The notes under the pieces are model-generated. The model saw only the letters and a list, made by a program, of their open reading frames with translations. It had not been told where the DNA came from and ran no database searches. DNA of 62,731 nucleotides, filler included, from Thermodesulfobacteriota bacterium (lineage in GTDB: Bacteria; DASVDK01), in NCBI GenBank assembly GCA_036381125.1. It is 9 parts of 9 records of this genome, joined end to end, with 100 filler letters (N's around TTAATTAATTAA, not from the genome) between each part and the next. Parts side by side here need not be neighbours in the genome. Positions count along the whole stretch, not along the records: positions 43,749 to 51,497 come from DASVDK010000240.1; positions 51,598 to 54,131 come from DASVDK010000241.1; positions 54,232 to 62,731 come from DASVDK010000243.1; 6 more parts are not named here. One strand, given 5' to 3'. The position numbers were made by a program, and so were the translations under genes. Positions 47,796-56,679 of the stretch are shown in pieces. How positions within the stretch are numbered: the first letter of the stretch is position 1; the number at the start of each line of letters is the position of its first letter.

Positions 47796-47957
47796 ATGCA
47801 GCTTTTCGTCATCCGCAGCATCGATCGGCTCGGGGCGGCCTTCGCCCAGGGCGTGCACTGGGTCAGCGACGCATCCAACACCTGGGCGGTCGGCGTCGGG
47901 CTCCTCGTCGTCCTGACGCTCGCCATGTCCATTGGACGGAAGCAGCCCGGAACCTGA
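47796..47957 (+). CDS. Small single-TM protein (53 aa)
   Basis: GAGG RBS; WAVGVGLLVVLTLAMSIGRK. Confidence 0.5.
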   Translation: MQLFVIRSIDRLGAAFAQGVHWVSDASNTWAVGVGLLVVLTLAMSIGRKQPGT

Positions 47958-47999
47958 GCCCGCCCCCGCGTCCGGCCGCCTTCAGCCGTCCGGCCGCCT

Positions 48000-48284
48000 T
48001 CAGCCGTTTGGGCGCCGCCGGCGCGGGCGCTTGCCGCGCCCCGCGCCGATCCAACCCTCGCCCAGCTCGGATGCTCGCGGCGCGAACGGCCACGCCGGCC
48101 CTGGCTCATCCGCCGGCGGCTTCGCCGCCGGCGCGGCCTTCGGCTCGCGTAGGCGCTCGATCGCCGCACGCGTCTCCGTGTGCACCGTCGCGCGCCGCCG
48201 CTCCCGCTCCAGGCGGTGCCGCCGGCGCCGCACCAGCAGCAGCGCCGCCGCCCAGGCCTCCCATGTGATGAGAATCTCGATCAT
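48000..48284 (-). CDS. Small hypothetical protein, hydrophobic N-terminus then Arg-rich
   Basis: MIEILITWEAWAAALLLVRRRR. Confidence 0.35.
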   Translation of the reverse strand: MIEILITWEAWAAALLLVRRRRHRLERERRRATVHTETRAAIERLREPKAAPAAKPPADEPGPAWPFAPRASELGEGWIGAGRGKRPRRRRPNG

Positions 48285-48363
48285 GCCGGGGAGCTCACTT
48301 CGGAGAGACTCGGGAAGGAGGGGAACGAGCGTTCCCCGATCGTGTAGCTTCGACACACGGCGG

Positions 48364-48437
48364 CCCGGACTTTAACGCCGCAGCTCCACCCGGGCTTTGA
48401 CGCCGCGACGCCACCCGGACTTCGACGCCGCAGCTCC
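48364..48437. repeat. Three 25-bp tandem repeats (CCCGGRCTTYRACGCCGC..)
   Basis: Units at 48364, 48389 and 48414. Confidence 0.8.
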
Positions 48438-48555
48438 CGGGCTCCGGCCTTGCCGTGCGACGCCGCTCCCGGTACAACTATGCGTCCGTCGAGCACCGCG
48501 CCCCGAGGCCGGAGCGGTGCGGGGAACGATTCCGACCCTCGCGGTTACTGTGCGC

Positions 48556-49290
48556 ATGTCGCAGCGGTGTCGAACCTTCCGCGTCCCCCTGCGCCGCGCC
48601 GGCGTCGCTCGCTGGCTCGGCGGCGTGCTCGTCGTCGCCGCGGGGTGCGCGTCCGGGACCCCGGCCGCGAACACGCCCGCCTCGCAGCCCACGCCTCCGG
48701 CGGTCGACGCCGCGCTCGAGCGCGAAGCCGTGGCGGCCACCGCGCTGCGCCAGCCGGTGCAGCTCGTCTTCGACTGGAACCTCCGGGACCGGGATGCGCG
48801 CTTCGGCGGCCGCGGCTCCGCGCGCGCGGAGCCGGAGTACAAGGCGCGGCTCGACCTCTTCGGCCCCCGCGGCGAGGGCTACTTCAGCGCGGCCGTCGTC
48901 GATACGACGCTCCGCGTCCCTGCCGCCGTGGCCGAGCGGGTCCCGGTTCCGCCGCCCGCGCTCCTCTGGAGCACGCTCGGCGTCCTCCACCCGCCGGCCG
49001 ACGCACGGCTCACCGCGACCCGGCGCGAGGGCGCCGAGACGCGCCTCGAGTACACCCGCGGCGACGAGCGCTGGCGCTTCACGCTCGAGGGCCGCCGCCT
49101 CCGCCGCGCCGAGCTGGACCGCTCCGGCGGCCGCCAGACCGTCGAGCTGAAGGGCACCGCCGAGCTCGGCCTGCCGAAGCAGGCGGTCTACCGCGACTAC
49201 GCCGCCTTCCGCGAATTGACGCTCACGCTGGACCACGCGAATGCAGCGCAACCGTTCCCGCCGGACACGTGGACCCCGGGCGCTCGCTAG
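48556..49290 (+). CDS. Hypothetical lipoprotein, possibly LolA/LolB-like fold
   Basis: Lipobox VAAG-C; beta-rich body (ARLDLFGPRGEG); fold is inferred. Confidence 0.6.
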   Translation: MSQRCRTFRVPLRRAGVARWLGGVLVVAAGCASGTPAANTPASQPTPPAVDAALEREAVAATALRQPVQLVFDWNLRDRDARFGGRGSARAEPEYKARLDLFGPRGEGYFSAAVVDTTLRVPAAVAERVPVPPPALLWSTLGVLHPPADARLTATRREGAETRLEYTRGDERWRFTLEGRRLRRAELDRSGGRQTVELKGTAELGLPKQAVYRDYAAFRELTLTLDHANAAQPFPPDTWTPGAR

Positions 49291-49789
49291 CGCCGCCGCC
49301 CTCGCCGCCGCGCTCCTCACGGGCGCCTGCAACTACGGCTTCAGCGGCGGCGGCGGCTTCCCGCCCTCGATCCGAACGCTCTACATCGAGGCGCCCGAGA
49401 ACGAGACCGACCGCGTCGACCTCAGCGACCAGCTCCTGACCGAGATGAACCAGAAGCTGCCGCGCTCGCTCGGCGTCCGCCCCGGCACGCGCGACGGCGC
49501 CGACGCCGTCGTCCGTACCAAGATCCTCCGTTACGACGACTCCGCCGGGAACTACCGCACCGACAACGCGGTGAACCCGGGTGCCGTCAAGGTCATCCAG
49601 AACCAGGTCAACATCTCCATGTCGGTCCAGATCATCGACCGGAAGCGCAACGAGATCCTCTGGGAGTCCTCGAGCCTGTCCGGGCAGGGGCAGTACAACC
49701 CCGACAAGGAGAGCGACCGCGACGGGCGCCGGCTCGCCATCGAGCGGCTCGTGCAGGCCGTCATCGATGGCGCGCAGTCGCAGTGGTGA
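49241..49789 (+). CDS. lptE: LPS assembly lipoprotein LptE-like
   Basis: LTGA-CNYGFSGGG, IRTLYIEAPENET, terminal SQW. Confidence 0.75.
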   Translation: MQRNRSRRTRGPRALASAAALAAALLTGACNYGFSGGGGFPPSIRTLYIEAPENETDRVDLSDQLLTEMNQKLPRSLGVRPGTRDGADAVVRTKILRYDDSAGNYRTDNAVNPGAVKVIQNQVNISMSVQIIDRKRNEILWESSSLSGQGQYNPDKESDRDGRRLAIERLVQAVIDGAQSQW

Positions 49790-49796
49790 CCGCCCC

Positions 49797-50756
49797 ATGG
49801 CCCTGCGCTTAGGCACCCGCGGCAGCGCGCTCGCCCTCTGGCAGGCGCGCCACGTCAAGCATCGCCTGGAGGCGGCCCACCCCGGCCTCCTCGTCGACAT
49901 CGCCATCCTCCACACCACGGGCGATCGCATCACCGACGTCCCGCTCGCGAAGATCGGCGACAAGGGCCTCTTCACGAAGGAGCTCGACCGCGCACTCGAC
50001 AGCGGACAGGTCGACCTCTGCGTCCACTCCCTGAAGGACGTCCCGACCCGCATCCCCGACGGCCTCGCGCTCGGCGCCATCCTGGAACGCGAAGACCCCC
50101 GCGACGCCTACGTGCCGGGGCAGGGGAGCGCCCCGCGCCTCGCCGACCTCCCGCCCGGTGCGCGGGTCGGCACGTCCTCGCTCCGCCGGCGCGCCCAGCT
50201 CCTGCACGCGCGCCCCGATCTCCAGGTCCACGACCTCCGCGGCAACCTCGACACGCGCCTCGCCCGGCTCGCCGATGGCGCCTTCGACGCCGCCATCCTC
50301 GCGCTCGCCGGCCTCCGCCGCCTCGGGCACGACGCCGCCGTCGGCGAGGTCCTCGGGCCGCCCGACTGGCTCCCCGCCGTCGGCCAGGGCGCCCTCGCCA
50401 TCGCCATCCGCGAAGGCGACGCCGCCACCGCCGGCTTCGTCGCCGTCCTCGACCACCCGCCCACGCGCGCCGCCGTCGCCGCCGAGCGCGCGTTCCTCCG
50501 CGCGCTCGAGGGCGGCTGCCAGATCCCGATCGGCGCCGTCGCCGACGTCGACGGCGACTCACTCACGCTCGACGGTTTCGTCGCCTCGCTCGATGGACGG
50601 GAATACCTCCGATCCAGCATCGCGGGCCCGGTCGCCGAGGGCAGCCGCCTCGGCCGCCGTCTCGCCGACGCGCTCCTCGCCGACGGCGCGGACCGCGTGC
50701 TCGCCGAGGTGCGCCGCCTCTCCGCCGCCCAGCTCCCCCACGCCAGCGCACCGTGA
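49797..50756 (+). CDS. hemC: Hydroxymethylbilane synthase
   Basis: [45 protein letters not shown]. Confidence 0.97.
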   Translation: MALRLGTRGSALALWQARHVKHRLEAAHPGLLVDIAILHTTGDRITDVPLAKIGDKGLFTKELDRALDSGQVDLCVHSLKDVPTRIPDGLALGAILEREDPRDAYVPGQGSAPRLADLPPGARVGTSSLRRRAQLLHARPDLQVHDLRGNLDTRLARLADGAFDAAILALAGLRRLGHDAAVGEVLGPPDWLPAVGQGALAIAIREGDAATAGFVAVLDHPPTRAAVAAERAFLRALEGGCQIPIGAVADVDGDSLTLDGFVASLDGREYLRSSIAGPVAEGSRLGRRLADALLADGADRVLAEVRRLSAAQLPHASAP

Positions 50757-51244
50757 GCCGCCCCGTCCCGCCGCTCGACAAGCTCCTCACCCGCGACCGG
50801 CTGCTCGCGCGGTTCCCACGCCCCCGTAGCGAGCGGGTCGTCTTCACGAACGGATGCTTCGACCTCCTCCACCGCGGGCACGTCGAGTACCTCTTCGCCG
50901 CGCGCGCCCTCGGCGACGCCCTCGTCGTCGGCCTCAACACCGACGACTCCGTCCGCCGCCTGAAGGGCCCCGGCCGCCCGCTCGTCCCCGAGAGCGACCG
51001 CGCATTCGTCCTCGCCGGGCTCGCCTGCGTGGACGCCGTCGTCCTCTTCGACGAGGACACGCCGCGCGAGCTCATCGCGGCGCTCCTCCCCGACGTCCTC
51101 GTCAAGGGCCGCGACTACCGCCCGGAGGACGTCGTCGGCCGCGCCGAGGTCGAGGCCGCCGGTGGGCGGCTCGTCCTCATCCCCATCGTCGAGGGCCGCT
51201 CCACGACCGGACTCCTCAACCGCATCCGGAGCCAGCAAGGATGA
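50753..51244 (+). CDS. rfaE2: ADP-heptose synthase, adenylyltransferase domain
   Basis: [39 protein letters not shown]. Confidence 0.95.
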   Translation: MSRPVPPLDKLLTRDRLLARFPRPRSERVVFTNGCFDLLHRGHVEYLFAARALGDALVVGLNTDDSVRRLKGPGRPLVPESDRAFVLAGLACVDAVVLFDEDTPRELIAALLPDVLVKGRDYRPEDVVGRAEVEAAGGRLVLIPIVEGRSTTGLLNRIRSQQG

Positions 51245-51497
51245 CCATGCCTCCGCCGCGTACCGCGCGCGCGAACGATCAGCTCCGCCCCGTCACGCTC
51301 GAGCGCGGCGTAGCCCCCTTCGCCGAGGGCTCCTGCCTCGTTTCCTTCGGAGCCACCCGCGTGCTCTGCACCGCCACCGTCGAGGACGGGCTCCCCGACT
51401 GGCGGCGCGGCGCCGGCGCCGGCTGGGTCACCGCCGAGTACGCCATGCTCCCCCGCGCCACCTCCCGCCGCACGCCCCGAGAGCGCGGCAGGGTCGG
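51241..51497 (+). CDS. rph: Ribonuclease PH (3' partial)
   Basis: [35 protein letters not shown]. Confidence 0.95.
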
Positions 51498-51597
51498 NNN
51501 NNNNNNNNNNNNNNNNNNNNNNNNNNNNNNNNNNNNNNNNNTTAATTAATTAANNNNNNNNNNNNNNNNNNNNNNNNNNNNNNNNNNNNNNNNNNNN
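51498..51597. other. Artificial contig spacer
   Basis: N-run with TTAATTAATTAA. Confidence 0.99.
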
Positions 51598-51942
51598 TTC
51601 GGGTTCCCGATCGACGTGCACGCACACGAGCCGAACACGATCTACGTCGTGCCGATCAAGAGCGACTCGGAGCACTTCCCGCCCGACGGCCGGCTGCGCG
51701 TGTACCGGAGCCGGACGGGCGGCGACGAATGGGAGCCGCTCACGAAGGGGCTGCCCCAGAGCCACTGCTACGTGAACGTGCTGCGAGACGCGATGGCCGT
51801 CGACTCGCTCGAGCCGTGCGGCGTCTACTTCGGGACGACCGGCGGTCAGGTGTACGCCTCGGCCGACGCCGGGGACACCTGGACGCCGATCGTCAGGGAC
51901 CTGCCGGCCGTGCTGTCGGTCGAGGTGCAGACGCTGCGATGA
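51598..51942 (+). CDS. BNR/sialidase-like beta-propeller protein (5' partial)
   Basis: Asp-box-like [10 protein letters not shown] and [21 protein letters not shown]. Confidence 0.85.
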   Translation, partial: FGFPIDVHAHEPNTIYVVPIKSDSEHFPPDGRLRVYRSRTGGDEWEPLTKGLPQSHCYVNVLRDAMAVDSLEPCGVYFGTTGGQVYASADAGDTWTPIVRDLPAVLSVEVQTLR

Positions 51943-52235
51943 TCCGGGTGGTCCTCCCGGCGCACCTGAAGACGCTCGCGCGCGTCGAGGGCGAAGTGAC
52001 GCTGCACGTCGAGGGCCGGGCGACGCTGGGCGCGGTCCTCGACGCGCTCGAGGCTCGCTATCCCATGCTGCGCGGGACGATCCGCGACCACGCCACCCGA
52101 CGGCGCCGCGCCTTCGTGCGGTTCTTCGCCTGCGAGCAGGACCTGTCCCACGAGCCGCCGGACACGCCGCTCCCCGGTGCCGTGGCGAGCGGGGCGAAGC
52201 CCTTCCTGGTCGTGGGGGCCATGGCGGGCGGCTAG
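51939..52235 (+). CDS. MoaD/ThiS family ubiquitin-like protein
   Basis: 98-aa beta-grasp-like protein ending GAMAGG; ATGA coupling. Confidence 0.88.
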   Translation: MIRVVLPAHLKTLARVEGEVTLHVEGRATLGAVLDALEARYPMLRGTIRDHATRRRRAFVRFFACEQDLSHEPPDTPLPGAVASGAKPFLVVGAMAGG

Positions 52236-52278
52236 GGCCGGATACGCGCGGCGGCGGTCAACCGGGAGGGTACCGATC

Positions 52279-52704
52279 GTGACGTACGTGTTGTGGGTGG
52301 TTCAGGTGCTGCTCGCGCTCCTCTTCCTGTTCGCCGGCGGCACGAAGTTCGTCCTGCCGGTCGAGGCGATGAACGCGGCGGCGCCCGTCCAGTTCCCCGG
52401 CTGGTTCCTGCGGTTCATCGGCGTGGCCGAGGTGATGGGGGGGCTCGGTCTGGTCCTCCCCGGCCTCCTGCGCGTCCGGCCGGGCCTGACCCCGCTCGCG
52501 GCCGCCGGCCTGGTGATCATCATGATCGGCGCGACCGCGACCACGCTGGCCGGCCCGGACGACGCGGCGGCGCTGATCCCGGCAGCGGTGGGCCTCCTCC
52601 TGGCGTTCGTCGCCTACGGCCGCTGGCGCCTCGCGCCGATCCGCCCGTCGTCGCACCGGTCGGCCGCCGGCCCGGCCGCCGGCCGCGCGGTGACGGACGT
52701 CTGA
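52279..52704 (+). CDS. DoxX family membrane protein
   Basis: LWVVQVLLALLFLFAGGTK, IGVAEVMGGLGLVLP, LTPLAAAGL. Confidence 0.88.
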   Translation: MTYVLWVVQVLLALLFLFAGGTKFVLPVEAMNAAAPVQFPGWFLRFIGVAEVMGGLGLVLPGLLRVRPGLTPLAAAGLVIIMIGATATTLAGPDDAAALIPAAVGLLLAFVAYGRWRLAPIRPSSHRSAAGPAAGRAVTDV

Positions 52705-52840
52705 CGGGATCGGGCCGATACCCGCGCGCGGGGGAACGGGTGCGACCCGACTCCGGAGCCCCGCCCGAGGTGTCGGTGGAACACGGCTCGCCCGGTCGCG
52801 GCCGGGCGGCCGCCGGCCCCGAGGCCGGAAGGAGACTGCC

Positions 52841-53269
52841 GTGCAGGTTCAGCCGTATCTGTTTTTCGACGGTCGCTGCGAGGAGGCGCTCGAGTTCTAC
52901 CGCCGCGCGCTCGGCGCGGAGGTGACGACGCTCATGCGCTTCAAGGAGAGCCCCGATCCCGGATCGTGCCCGCCCGCGCCCGGGGGCGCCGAGAAGGTGA
53001 TGCACGCGGCCTTCCGGATCGGGGAGGCGACGCTGCTCGCGTCCGACGGCATGTGCGGCGGACGGCCGAGCTTCGCCGGCTTCTCCCTGTCGCTCACGGC
53101 CGCCGACGACGCGGAGGCGGAGCGGCGCTTCGCCGCGCTCGCCGACGGCGGGCGGGTGGAGATGCCGCTGGCCCGGACCTTCTTCGCCTCGAGCTTCGGC
53201 ATGGTGACCGACCGCTTCGGTGTGACGTGGATGATCCACGTGCCGGCCGAGGTCCAGGCGAAGCGGTGA
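52841..53269 (+). CDS. PhnB-like VOC family protein
   Basis: QPYLFFDGRCEEALEFY, KVMHA, TFFASSFGMVTDRFGVTWM. Confidence 0.92.
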   Translation: MQVQPYLFFDGRCEEALEFYRRALGAEVTTLMRFKESPDPGSCPPAPGGAEKVMHAAFRIGEATLLASDGMCGGRPSFAGFSLSLTAADDAEAERRFAALADGGRVEMPLARTFFASSFGMVTDRFGVTWMIHVPAEVQAKR

Positions 53270-53724
53270 TCAAGACCATCGCGATCGCTGTCGTCGCGCT
53301 GCTCGCCGGCGTCCTCGGCTACGCCGCGACCAGGCCCGACAGGTTCCGCATCGAGCGGACGGCGCGCATCGACGCCCGGCCGGAGAAGGTCTTCGCGCTC
53401 ATCGAGGACTTCCGGGGCTGGCGCGCCTGGTCGCCGTGGGAGACCGTGGATCCCGCGATGGCGCGGACATACCGCGGCGCCGAACGCGGCAAGGGCGCCG
53501 TGTACGCGTGGGAGGGCAATCGCGACGTCGGCAAGGGGCGCATGGAGATCACCGACACGACGCCCCCCTCCAGGGTCGTGATCAGGCTCGAGTTCATCGA
53601 GCCGATGGAGGCGCAGAACACGTACCTCGCGAAGCTGATGGGGCTCTTCGTCGACATGGACCGCATGCTCGGCGCGCAGTTCGAGACGGGCCTCGCCAAT
53701 CTGAAGGAGGTTGCCGAGGGGTGA
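53266..53724 (+). CDS. SRPBCC family protein, apparently with an internal in-frame deletion
   Basis: WSPWE..DPAM, GKGAVYAWEGN..VGKGRMEI, FETGLANLK; segment missing after AQNT. Confidence 0.8.
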   Translation: MIKTIAIAVVALLAGVLGYAATRPDRFRIERTARIDARPEKVFALIEDFRGWRAWSPWETVDPAMARTYRGAERGKGAVYAWEGNRDVGKGRMEITDTTPPSRVVIRLEFIEPMEAQNTYLAKLMGLFVDMDRMLGAQFETGLANLKEVAEG

Positions 53725-53890
53725 GCGGCGCGCCCGGCGTCGGCACCCGGAACGTCGTGCGGATCGCCAAGGCCGGCGAGGCCTCGGAGGCGGTCGAGCG
53801 CCGTCGCGAGCTGGCCAAGGGGCGTGCGGGGAAGCAGCCCGCCGAGAAGCCGTCGCAGGCCGAGCCGCGCCGGGAGCGTCGAGGGGGCCG

Positions 53891-54131
53891 TCAGTCCTCG
53901 AGGACGGCCCGAAGGGCCGCGCGGAAGGCGCGGGCGACGGCCGCCCTGTCGAGGTCCGGATGGCGAACGGCCCGGATGGTCAGCCCCTCGAACAGCGCCA
54001 TGATGAACTCGACCCGGGCATCGAGGTCGCTCTCGTTCCAGGGGCTCCCCCGGCGACCGGACCGCAGGGTCTCGCGCAGACCGTGCCGCGCCTTGGCGTC
54101 GACCGCCCGCACCATCTCGGCGATCTTGGGG
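53891..54131 (-). CDS. Probable TetR-family regulator C-terminus (5' partial)
   Basis: PKIAEMVRAVD..VEFIMALFEGLTIRAVRHPDLD helical pattern. Confidence 0.6.
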
Positions 54132-54231
54132 NNNNNNNNNNNNNNNNNNNNNNNNNNNNNNNNNNNNNNNNNNNNTTAATTAATTAANNNNNNNNNNNNN
54201 NNNNNNNNNNNNNNNNNNNNNNNNNNNNNNN
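54132..54231. other. Artificial contig spacer
   Basis: N-run with TTAATTAATTAA. Confidence 0.99.
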
Positions 54232-55190
54232 AGACGGTCGACCGGATCAGGCCGCTCGTGCCGCCCGACCGGATCGTCGTCGTCGCGGGCACCGAGCACG
54301 CCGAGCGGCTGCACGCGGAGATCCCGGAGCTGTCCGAGGCGAACCTCCTGATCGAGCCGGCCGGAAGGGGGACCGCCGCGGCCATCGGGCTCGCCGCCGT
54401 GGTCGTCCGCGCGCGCGACCCGCGCGCCACCCTCGCGGTCCTGCCGTCGGACCACTTCATCCGCGATCCCGAGGGCTTCCGGACCACCATCGAGGCGGCG
54501 TGCGAGGTGGCGGCGTCGGGCGACTACCTGCTCACCCTCGGGATGAAGCCGACCGCGCCGGAGACCGGCTACGGCTACATCCGGGTCGGCGAGGAGGTCC
54601 GGATCGCGCGAGGCCTCCCGGTGCACCGGGTCGACCGGTTCATCGAGAAGCCCGAGCGGGCCAGGGCCGAGGCCTACCTGGCCGACGGCCACTACCTCTG
54701 GAACGGCGGGATGTTCGTCTGGCGCGTCGACGCCGTGCTCGACGCGATCCGCCTCCACCTGCCGGACACCTTCGAGGGGATCGCCGAGATCGGGCTCGCG
54801 CTGAACGGCCGCGACCTGGCGGAGGCGACGCGGCGGGTCTACGCCAGGCTGCCGACCGTGTCGATCGATACGGGCGTCCTCGAGAAGGCCGGCAACGTCC
54901 TCGTCGTTCCCGCGGAGGTCGGCTGGCACGATGTGGGCTCCTGGGGGAGCCTCGACGGCCTGCTGCCGCAGCGGGCCGACGGGAACGTGGGCATCGGCGA
55001 GCACGTCGCGATCGACACCCGGCGCTGCGTGGTGTACAGCCCGAAGAAGCTCGTCGCCACCGTCGGCGTCGACGACCTGGTGATCGTCGACACGGACGAC
55101 GCGCTCCTCGTCTGCCGCAAGGAGCAGGCGCAGGACGTGCGCCGCGTGATCGAGGAGATCGAACGGCGCAAGCTGGAGGGGCTGCGGTAA
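54232..55190 (+). CDS. manC: Mannose-1-phosphate guanylyltransferase (5' partial)
   Basis: IEPAGRGTA, LPSDH, PETGYGYI, FIEKP, WNGGMF, WHDVGSW. Confidence 0.93.
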
Positions 55191-56593
55191 TGGTCAAGGA
55201 GCACCAGCGGTTCTTCAGGAGCCTTCTGCTCGGTGCCGACATCGCCGTCATCGCCGTGTCGTGGGGGGCGGCGTACTGGATGCGCTTCAAGAGCGGCCTG
55301 GTCTCGATCCCGCCGCCCACGGTGTACAACCCCGATCTCTACCTCATGCCGCTCGCCGCCATCCCGATCGTCTGGCCGGCGATCTTCCGGTGGCTCGACC
55401 TCTACCGGCCCCGCCGGTCGACCTCGTACCGGCGCGAGGCGCTCGAGCTGTTCCAGGGCTCGACGCTCGCGACGCTCGTCTTCATCACGGCCGCCTACCT
55501 CTTCTTCAAGGTGGAGCTGTCGCGGCTGGTGCTCGTCTTCTTCTGGGGCATCAGCACCGCGGCGCTGGTGGCCACGCGCATCGGGTTTCGGGAAGCGCTC
55601 CGGATCCTGCGCCGTCGCGGCTTCAACCTCCGCTACGCGCTCGTCGTGGGCGGGGGCGACGTGGCGGCCGGCCTCGTGGAGCGGATCGACCGGCATCCGG
55701 AACTCGGCCTGCGCGTCGTCGGCCTGCTCAGCTCCGGCGCCGACCTCGACCCGGTCCTGCAGGAGGTCCCGCGGCTCGGCGGGTACGACGATCTCTCCCG
55801 GATCCTCAGGGAGTGGAGGGTCGACCAGGTCCTCTTCGCGCTCCCGCTCGAGGACCAGGCGAGCCTGCCGGGCCTCCTCGCCGCGGTCGACAGCGAGATG
55901 GTCGACGTGCGGATCGTCCCCGACCTCCTGCGCTTCGCGAGCCTCCGCAGCGGAGTGGAGGACTTCGACGGCCTGCCGATCGTGAGCCTGCGCACCTCGC
56001 CCCTCGTCGGATGGAACGTGGTCATCAAGCGAGCGCTCGACCTTGCCGTCGGCAGCCTCGCCGGCCTTTTGGCCCTCCCGCTGATGGCGGTCATCGCGCT
56101 CCTCGTCAAGCTCACCGACGGGGGGCCGGTGCTGTACCGCCAGGAGCGGATGGGGCTCGACGGTCGCGTCTTCCAGATGCTCAAGTTCCGATCGATGCGC
56201 GTCGACGCCGAAGCCGAGACCGGGCCGGTCTGGGCCCGCAACGGCGACTCGCGGGTGACCTGGATCGGGAGGATCCTGCGCCGGACGAGCCTCGACGAGC
56301 TGCCGCAGCTCTGGAACGTGCTCAAGGGGGAGATGAGCCTCACGGGGCCGAGGCCGGAGCGTCCGGTCCTGGTCGAGCGCTTCCGCGCCGAGCTGCCGGG
56401 CTACATGCTGCGCCACAAGATCAAGGCCGGCATGACCGGCTGGGCGCAGGTGCACGGGTGGCGCGGCGACACCTCGCTCGAGAAGCGACTCGAGCACGAC
56501 CTCTACTACATCGAGCACTGGTCGCTCGCCCTCGACCTGAAGATCCTCTGGCTGACGCTGTGGCGCGGGTTCGTCAACAAGAACGCGTACTGA
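55190..56593 (+). CDS. wcaJ: Undecaprenyl-phosphate sugar phosphotransferase (WcaJ-like)
   Basis: 4 TM + Rossmann-like domain + KRALD, KFRSM, SLDELPQLWNVLKGEMSL.GPRP, GMTGWAQV. Confidence 0.92.
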   Translation: MVKEHQRFFRSLLLGADIAVIAVSWGAAYWMRFKSGLVSIPPPTVYNPDLYLMPLAAIPIVWPAIFRWLDLYRPRRSTSYRREALELFQGSTLATLVFITAAYLFFKVELSRLVLVFFWGISTAALVATRIGFREALRILRRRGFNLRYALVVGGGDVAAGLVERIDRHPELGLRVVGLLSSGADLDPVLQEVPRLGGYDDLSRILREWRVDQVLFALPLEDQASLPGLLAAVDSEMVDVRIVPDLLRFASLRSGVEDFDGLPIVSLRTSPLVGWNVVIKRALDLAVGSLAGLLALPLMAVIALLVKLTDGGPVLYRQERMGLDGRVFQMLKFRSMRVDAEAETGPVWARNGDSRVTWIGRILRRTSLDELPQLWNVLKGEMSLTGPRPERPVLVERFRAELPGYMLRHKIKAGMTGWAQVHGWRGDTSLEKRLEHDLYYIEHWSLALDLKILWLTLWRGFVNKNAY

Positions 56594-56679
56594 GCGCGTG
56601 AGCGTCGGAGCATGTGCCGAGCAAGACACCGGGCCACATGGACCTCCCGGGAGACGCGTGTGAGCCGCGTCCGGGACGG

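Noticed and set aside
52711-52737. Sequence resembling a reversed type I-E CRISPR repeat
   Set aside because: Single, imperfect copy in GC-rich DNA.
53721-53890. ORF starting at GTGA after the SRPBCC gene
   Set aside because: No family recognised, and the frame runs antisense through the TetR-like gene without a stop.
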